Shown: one piece after another, positions 36,605 through 42,073 of the stretch
How the letters are laid out: the number at the start of each line of letters is the position of its first letter
How positions within the stretch are numbered: the stretch's first letter is position 1
Source: a virus
Lineage: Duplodnaviria; Caudoviricetes
DNA: 42,073 bases
Strand: one strand, 5' to 3'
Virus record (IMG/VR): IMGVR_UViG_3300025848_000069
Span: 1-42,073 of that record
Notes under the pieces: generated by a model
The model's input: the letters and a program-made list of their open reading frames with translations, nothing else
Database searches by the model: none
What the model was told of the DNA's origin: nothing
Made by a program: the position numbers and the translations under genes

Positions 36605-36745
36605 AGCCGCAGCCTAAACTTAAAACCGTTTGGCTGCAACTAATCTTCGTCGCCCTCAGTGAGGATTGGCAACGGGCGCACGCTCTCGCTGAGCGCCCTC
36701 AGCTGACAGGCGTCATAATCTTCAGGCAGGGATTCCAACACAGGG

Positions 36746-37084
36746 CTACTGCTCGTAAACGAGTGGGTAGTTTGGCAGTGGCAAGTCGGACAATGTTTTG
36801 GCTCTCTGTTCCTCGTCATCACACTTTGCACATTCATCGCGGTCCCCTTGATTGACGGTCCAGTATACCCGGTGCGAGCACACTCGCAGGAAGTGGTCAG
36901 GCGAGTTGTTGGCCGGGTGTGTGGCGCAAGGCTCGCAAGCACAAGCCGGCCACAAGGTGAACTTACCCTTGGCCAGCTTGGCCTCACAGCACCACAAGCA
37001 CAAGCAGCCTGGGTAGGGTTTGGCCTCAACGCCTACCAGCTTGACCACCGACTTGCTCAACTTGGTCGCCAAGCAGTCACCCAC
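36746..37084 (-). CDS. Cys-rich hypothetical protein
   Basis: GGAGG RBS before GTG 37084, overlapping the VRR-NUC end; CLCLWCC, CACEPC, CAKC. Confidence 0.55.
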   Translation of the reverse strand: MGDCLATKLSKSVVKLVGVEAKPYPGCLCLWCCEAKLAKGKFTLWPACACEPCATHPANNSPDHFLRVCSHRVYWTVNQGDRDECAKCDDEEQRAKTLSDLPLPNYPLVYEQ

Positions 37085-37448
37085 GGATAGCCTCCACCTG
37101 CGTAATGATTGCCCGGCTGGTTTCCTTGGGCGAGATGTCTGCAATCTCGCAAGCGGCGCTCACCCCATCGCGCACCACCCACACTTCGCCGCCGGCTGCC
37201 CCGAATGCAGTATGCCACACTTTCTGGCTGGACTCACTCCTGCCGCCACCAGGTCGCTTGAACTCCAGCCACAGGTGCCGGCCGTTCACGCAGCAGTAGA
37301 CATCGGGCGTGCCAGGCAGCGTGCTGTTCAGGTAGGCGCCCGAAGGCAGGCGCACCTTCAGCACATGCACACGCTGCACATGCACACCAGGGGCAGAGCC
37401 TACGCACTGCAAGAACTTGTTGATTTCAAGGTCTTCGTCACGCTTCAT
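37077..37448 (-). CDS. VRR-NUC (PD-(D/E)xK) nuclease
   Basis: PGTPDV...WLEFKRPGGG...Q..W....GGEVWVVR signature; follows the helicase. Confidence 0.85.
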   Translation of the reverse strand: MKRDEDLEINKFLQCVGSAPGVHVQRVHVLKVRLPSGAYLNSTLPGTPDVYCCVNGRHLWLEFKRPGGGRSESSQKVWHTAFGAAGGEVWVVRDGVSAACEIADISPKETSRAIITQVEAIRG

Positions 37449-38847
37449 ATCTGGTTCTCCGAATCTGTCGCCACAGCATGGCGGCGGTCCATCCGCTGTA
37501 ACGAGTGCCGTTACCCAATGAGTAACCCTTGGCTTGGCGCACACGCTCAAGCTGAATCCACGTCATCGCATAGTTCGCTGCCCAAGACGGGCAAGGGCGC
37601 ACACCAATCTTGCGACTGTGCTCACGCTCGCGCCGCTCAATTTCAGCTTGGGTAATCTGCCGCAGTTCGCCTGCCACTTGGTCCGGCGCTCGCCGCGACT
37701 TCGCGGCCAGCACCTCACCGCACCTGGGGCAAACGCTGGCCGGAGCAAAGATCGCCAAGCACGCAGGACAGTGCTGCAAACCCGGCGCCTCTGCTTTGCG
37801 CACACCGCCGACCCGGTCTTCCAGCGACCACACTCGCGGCGACTCCGGCAGACCATGGCGCCAGACATTGGCGCCCGCGTCCACAATCACCAGGTCCTCG
37901 CCGCTGTAGCGCATCCCGCGCCCAATGGCTTGCAAGTACACCGAGACGCTGGTCGTCGCCCGCGCCAGATACACCGCCGAGACTTCCGGCACATCCAGAC
38001 CTTCAATCGCCACGCCCACGTTGCAGACAACATCAAGGTCGTGGTCACGCAGCATCTGCCATATCTTCGCACGCTCAGCTTCCGGTGTGCTGCCATCGAC
38101 GTGCGCCGCTCGCACGCCAAACATCAGCAGCGCATCGCGACAATCCTTGCTGTGCCCAACACCACTGGCGAACAGAATCGTGCGCCGGCCAGCGCAGAAC
38201 TTGTGCCAGTTATCCGGCACTTGGCCAACCAGCGTGGTACGCCGGTAGGCGACTTCCAGTTCCTTGCCGCCGAAGTCACCGTGGCGAATCGGCACTTTCG
38301 ACAGGTCCGGCGCCTCAACGCCATAGAGCTTGGTGCCCGCCAGAAACTTGCGGTCCTGCAAATCCGGTATCGAGGGGCCACAAACAATCGCATCCGCCGG
38401 CAGCGGGTTGCCGTCAGTCCGACACGGTGTCGCGGTCAGCAACAGGAACCGCGCCTGGGGTAGTTCTTCCATCAGTCGCTTCTGCTGCTCGATGCCCGAG
38501 TGCGCCTCGTCGATGATCACAAAATCGACCAGCGGCACAGCGCGGCGTGCAAGTGTCTGTTGTGACGCAGCAATTAGCGGAGCATCGGGAACCTGTTTGC
38601 CAGCGGTAAGCTCCGCAGGCTCAAGACCGAACTGGCGCAGCTTGGCTACCGTCTGCGCGTGGATTTCCCGGCGGTGTGTGGTGAAGAGCACACGCTTGCC
38701 GCGAGCCAGCGAACTCTGAACGATTGCCGCTGCCATGACCGTCTTGCCCGAGCCAGTGCCGGCTTGCAAGACCACGCGGCGGTGGCCGGCTGCAAACGCG
38801 GCCCGGCAACGGGCAATCGTGTCTTCTTGGTAGTCGCGGAGAATCAT
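37438..38847 (-). CDS. SF2 DEAH helicase (RadD/YejH-like) with C-terminal Zn ribbon
   Basis: LRDYQ, AGTGSGKT, IIDEAH, LTATP, QAIGRGMR, CPAC..CPRC. Confidence 0.92.
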   Translation of the reverse strand: MILRDYQEDTIARCRAAFAAGHRRVVLQAGTGSGKTVMAAAIVQSSLARGKRVLFTTHRREIHAQTVAKLRQFGLEPAELTAGKQVPDAPLIAASQQTLARRAVPLVDFVIIDEAHSGIEQQKRLMEELPQARFLLLTATPCRTDGNPLPADAIVCGPSIPDLQDRKFLAGTKLYGVEAPDLSKVPIRHGDFGGKELEVAYRRTTLVGQVPDNWHKFCAGRRTILFASGVGHSKDCRDALLMFGVRAAHVDGSTPEAERAKIWQMLRDHDLDVVCNVGVAIEGLDVPEVSAVYLARATTSVSVYLQAIGRGMRYSGEDLVIVDAGANVWRHGLPESPRVWSLEDRVGGVRKAEAPGLQHCPACLAIFAPASVCPRCGEVLAAKSRRAPDQVAGELRQITQAEIERREREHSRKIGVRPCPSWAANYAMTWIQLERVRQAKGYSLGNGTRYSGWTAAMLWRQIRRTRYEA

Positions 38848-39098
38848 CGCTTGAATGTAGGCGTCCTCTCGCCAGCCCAAGTGCCAGAAGTGTTGTAGTG
38901 GAACCATTCCAAAGCTTCAGAACGATCCCACCCTTCGGTCTTCATCAGCAACTCGACGCACTTCTTGGATGAGTAAACTGCGACCAGCGTCTGAGTCTTC
39001 CTTGGCCACTTGTCCTTGGGTTTGTCGGTGAATCCCACCAACGCTTGGTTGTAGACCTCTTGAGGCTCCAGCAACATCACGCCATCTGGAATCGTCAC
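38844..39098 (-). CDS. hypothetical phage protein
   Basis: Coupled overlaps on both sides; ALVG...VAVYSSKKC...EALEWFHYNT.G.W.GE.TP pattern. Confidence 0.7.
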   Translation of the reverse strand: MTIPDGVMLLEPQEVYNQALVGFTDKPKDKWPRKTQTLVAVYSSKKCVELLMKTEGWDRSEALEWFHYNTSGTWAGERTPTFKR

Positions 39099-39322
39099 GG
39101 CTCATCCTCCGTCAGCCCGACCAGCTTGCAAGCAGTCAGCCTGGCCTCAAACTCGTCATCCGTTCCACAATCGCACGAACCCTCGGCGCGGCTTGCGCAC
39201 CAATGAGTATGCGGCCCGACCGCCCAATGCCGAATGGCCTCGCGCAACTGGCGCAACCGGTCAAGCTCTGGCCAAGTCTCCACGGCTTCGCGCAAGGCGG
39301 CGCAGTCAAGCGGCTTGCCCAT
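39095..39322 (-). CDS. hypothetical protein
   Basis: TGATG coupling, AAGGAG RBS; H..WC....CDCG. Confidence 0.6.
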   Translation of the reverse strand: MGKPLDCAALREAVETWPELDRLRQLREAIRHWAVGPHTHWCASRAEGSCDCGTDDEFEARLTACKLVGLTEDEP

Positions 39323-39498
39323 CAGAACTCCTTCAGCGCGGCGTCGATGCCATCCCGCATCTCCCGCAGGATGCGGTAGACCAACTGATTGACCTCGCGC
39401 TCGCTCGGCGCTTGTGCTTGCGCCATCCAGATGCCATCGCGCCGAATGACCGCCAGCCAGCCGGTTGACAGCTTTCGCATCTCGACTTCAATCTTCAT
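39322..39498 (-). CDS. small hypothetical protein (58 aa; not in the ORF track)
   Basis: Manual translation MKIEVEMRKLSTGWLAVIRRDGIWMAQAQAPSEREVNQLVYRILREMRDGIDAALKEF fills the gap exactly, with TGATG coupling on both sides. Confidence 0.7.
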   Translation of the reverse strand: MKIEVEMRKLSTGWLAVIRRDGIWMAQAQAPSEREVNQLVYRILREMRDGIDAALKEF

Positions 39499-39827
39499 CA
39501 GAACGGCACCGCCGAGTCCTTCTTTCCACCCATCGCCTGCACAGCTTGGGCCACAAGCGCGATGTCCTTACGCTCCACGCCGTCCTTGTCCTTGTACTCG
39601 TTAGGCTCAAGGTAGCCAGACACCAGCACCTCGTCGCCTTTTTTGAGCTTGGCCGCGAACTCAGCCGTCTTGCCAAAGCAGGTCACCTTCATCCACAAAG
39701 TCTTCTGCTTGTCGCCATAGCCCACCGAAGTAGCCACGTTCATCCGCGTCAGCGGAGTCGCGCCCTGGCCCACCTGAGCGTCAGCGCCAAGCCGACCAAC
39801 CATCACAAACTGATTGAAATTAGCCAT
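39498..39827 (-). CDS. ssb: single-stranded DNA-binding protein
   Basis: NQFVMVGRLGADA, W.KVTCFGKTAE, LKKGDEVLVSGYL, C-terminal VPF. Confidence 0.92.
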   Translation of the reverse strand: MANFNQFVMVGRLGADAQVGQGATPLTRMNVATSVGYGDKQKTLWMKVTCFGKTAEFAAKLKKGDEVLVSGYLEPNEYKDKDGVERKDIALVAQAVQAMGGKKDSAVPF

Positions 39828-39839
39828 TATCCCCTCCTG

Positions 39840-41141
39840 TTAGTCCTTATACGCCGAAGGATTGAAACCGCCGTAACTGCCATACGCAATCGGCTTGGGC
39901 GGGTTCACCAGTTCGACACAGAACGTCTTGTTGCCACCGGTTCTGGTCTTGTTCACCACACCCATCTTCTGAAGCTCGTTCATCAGCATGTTCGACTCGC
40001 GCCGCTGGCGAGTGCCATTAGACCACTTGGGCAGCGCGTCCCAAATCTGCGACATCGTCACGCGCACCGGCTTGTCCGCATCAAACAGGGCCGGCTTCCA
40101 GGTCGCGTACAAGTCTTCAATAATAGGCTCCGAAATCTCGTGCTCCGTATTGGAGTCCGACAGCATCGCCATCTCATCGTAATCCAGCCACCACTTCTCG
40201 CCTTGTTCCACCAGCGTGGCGACCTGCGCCCAGAGCTGCTGGATATCGATCTGATGATTCCACCGCAGCGCCCTGACCGCAATCACCCACCACCGCCGAT
40301 TGCCCGTGTCATCAATCAAAAACGTCTTGGGATTCACGCTCGCCATCATCATCGTGCGCCGGGGAATCCGCTCTGCATGCGTGGCATACGCGCTCCGGTA
40401 CACATCTTCGAACTGCGTAATGAACGCCTTCATCGCAACCGCATCGGACTTCTTGAACGTGGCATCCAGCTCACCAAGCTCGCTCAACCAAAAAGAAGTC
40501 ACCTGCTGAATCGAGTCCCGATTGTGCGGGTCCACCACGCGGCCAGTGCAAATCCAATCCTTGTCCGGAGGCGCCAGCGATTTGAACCACTCCGTCTTGC
40601 CAATACCCTGAGGCCCCTGAAACGTCAGCACACCCTGGGGCGTAAACCGCCGCTTCCCAGGCTCTTCCGGCATCACCGCTTTAACCGCGCTCACCAGCCA
40701 CCGAGTCAACAACTTCCCAGCAATTTCGCTCTTGTCCACATCATCGAGCGTAATCGTATCGAAAAAATCCGCAATCCGATCAACCCCGTCCCACTTGCGG
40801 GAAGCAATCCAATCCCGCACCGGGTGGTACGGCCTGGCCAACACCTGCAAGTGCCCAAGCGACTTCTCAACCTCCAACCCCTGCCGCGCCACAATCGACT
40901 TGAACAACTCAGCCGTGGCGTTCTCACGCCGCTCTGTATCCGGGCTAAACCCAGGGATTTCGATCTCCAGCGTATGCCGCATCAAGTTGTACCGAACCTC
41001 CATCCCATACGCATCCAGCAATGCCGCCGTGTTCTCCATGTGCCGCGTCGAAGGTCGCGCCACGCCCTGGCGATTCGGTGCGCCCATCACCGGAAAGGTC
41101 ACCAAGGGGTGGTTAATCTGTGAAGCTTCCAGGTAGCTCAT
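39840..41141 (-). CDS. VapE/VirE-family P-loop ATPase (replicative helicase)
   Basis: VRYNLM, YHPVRDWI...WDGVDRI, FQGPQGIGKT, ELGELD, FLIDDTGNRRWW. Confidence 0.9.
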   Translation of the reverse strand: MSYLEASQINHPLVTFPVMGAPNRQGVARPSTRHMENTAALLDAYGMEVRYNLMRHTLEIEIPGFSPDTERRENATAELFKSIVARQGLEVEKSLGHLQVLARPYHPVRDWIASRKWDGVDRIADFFDTITLDDVDKSEIAGKLLTRWLVSAVKAVMPEEPGKRRFTPQGVLTFQGPQGIGKTEWFKSLAPPDKDWICTGRVVDPHNRDSIQQVTSFWLSELGELDATFKKSDAVAMKAFITQFEDVYRSAYATHAERIPRRTMMMASVNPKTFLIDDTGNRRWWVIAVRALRWNHQIDIQQLWAQVATLVEQGEKWWLDYDEMAMLSDSNTEHEISEPIIEDLYATWKPALFDADKPVRVTMSQIWDALPKWSNGTRQRRESNMLMNELQKMGVVNKTRTGGNKTFCVELVNPPKPIAYGSYGGFNPSAYKD

Positions 41142-41254
41142 CGAGCCTCCTTTGCACAGTCCAAGTCACCAGCGGCTTGGCCGCTCATGCAGCGGGAATG
41201 GAGCACCGCCAGCAGAGACTCCGCTGATGACTTGGACTGAACATAGGTAAGCAT
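41138..41254 (-). CDS. possible small ORF coupled to VapE (38 aa)
   Basis: GGAGAG RBS before ATG 41254; ATGA overlap with VapE. Confidence 0.35.
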   Translation of the reverse strand: MLTYVQSKSSAESLLAVLHSRCMSGQAAGDLDCAKEAR

Positions 41255-41335
41255 GAACTCTCCATTCGCAACCGCGCCGGCCAAAGCGCACGCCAACCCT
41301 AACGCGATCCAACCACCCTTGTCAAGCGAGTCTGC

Positions 41336-41700
41336 GGCAGGTGACATCACCTGCCCGGTGACAGCACAGGTGACAGCAAAACAACACTGTCACCTCAGTT
41401 AAACGCATGTAACAATTAAGGAAACCAGCCGACAGGTGACAAGGTGACAGATTTTTCTTAAAGAGACCTACCGTGTGTAACAAACCGCATTTTGCACATT
41501 ACGGCTACACATAGAGTATTACTATCACCTTATCACCTCATACAAAGGAATACTCCTATTAGACATATAGTTACCAGAGGTGACAGACAAATATTTTTGT
41601 CACCTGTAGGTGACTACTTAACACCTGTAACATGCTTATAGGTAGCTAAAGGGGCTCATATAGGGACTCCAGAGGTGACAGCATGGGTGGGCTAGGTGAA
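41336..41700. repeat. array of (A)GGTGAC(A) repeats in both orientations; putative replication origin
   Basis: GGTGACA at 41340, 41357, 41369, 41435, 41443, 41579, 41673; TGTCACC at 41388, 41598; variants TATCACCT 41523 and 41531, GGTGACT 41609, AGGTGAA 41693; AT-rich and non-coding. Confidence 0.8.
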
Positions 41701-42073
41701 TACCTCCAAGTAGGTGGGACTCCGGGAGTGGCAGAAGGGGTGGGCTGGGTGAAAGGCGATTGGTTCAGAGGGGGTGTTACGTAAAATTATTTATTTTTTG
41801 GGGTGGGTGTACACACAAAGGAGGGGGCCTGGTCGTGCGCGCTACGTGTGCGCGTCCAGCACGTGGGCAGGGAGGGGGTCGCGGGCGCGGTGTAACGGAA
41901 TGCCCGCCGCTGGTCGGTCGGCTGGTGCCAACGCAAGCCTGCAATCTGCCAGCGCTTCCCATGGTCAGACGGAAGCCGGCACCTTGCCGGCACCGTTCGG
42001 TGGCGGTAAGGGCTGAGGTCGGCGAGGCTGGACCCTTGGTTGCTAGATGTTTGTCTAGTTGACGGATGGCTAG

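Noticed and set aside
36640-36837. Small ORF MNVQSVMTRN...TEGDED
   Set aside because: Overlaps the Cys-rich gene by about 90 nt and has no recognisable motif; a shorter version may be real but cannot be supported
39465-41123. 552-aa plus-strand ORF
   Set aside because: Antisense shadow of VapE and SSB
41336-41700. Repeat array as a CRISPR or mini-array
   Set aside because: Units are 7-8 bp, in both orientations and irregularly spaced; no cas genes
41760-42062. Short ORFs at the right end
   Set aside because: Low-complexity translations of G-rich DNA without RBS or coding-like composition
1-42073. tRNA genes or stop-codon reassignment
   Set aside because: No cloverleaf noticed by eye (tRNAscan not run); genes are intact and tightly packed under the standard code with all three stops used

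Overview
The window is a large, probably near-complete fragment of an uncharacterised tailed dsDNA phage (Caudoviricetes), most likely podovirus-like: there is no tape-measure, tail-tube or sheath gene, but there are adaptor, nozzle and large internal/ejection-type genes. A short plus-strand arm (3-1789: ERF recombinase, small Cys-rich ORFs, SLT transglycosylase) converges on a long minus-strand unit. That unit runs from a repeat-rich putative origin (~41340-41700) through VapE/VirE ATPase, SSB, SF2 helicase and VRR-NUC, then a displaced cluster of small virion-type genes, then terminase, scaffold, major capsid protein, portal, adaptor, nozzle, tail proteins, three internal proteins (up to 2316 aa), tail fibre and a lysis cassette. 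A plus-strand MerR-like HTH + serine recombinase cassette interrupts it at 34089-34930. Most notable: (1) a short helical motif [IL]-A-x-x-R-L in charged context recurs in seven unrelated, non-enzymatic proteins and is a candidate capsid-targeting/cargo-loading signal; (2) one ~95-aa domain is inserted in-frame in three different tail proteins; (3) an HTH/recombinase pair could fuse by -1 slippage into an IS607-TnpA-like architecture; (4) a bidirectional AGGTGACA iteron-like array. All calls come from motif recognition by eye and gene context; no database searches were run.
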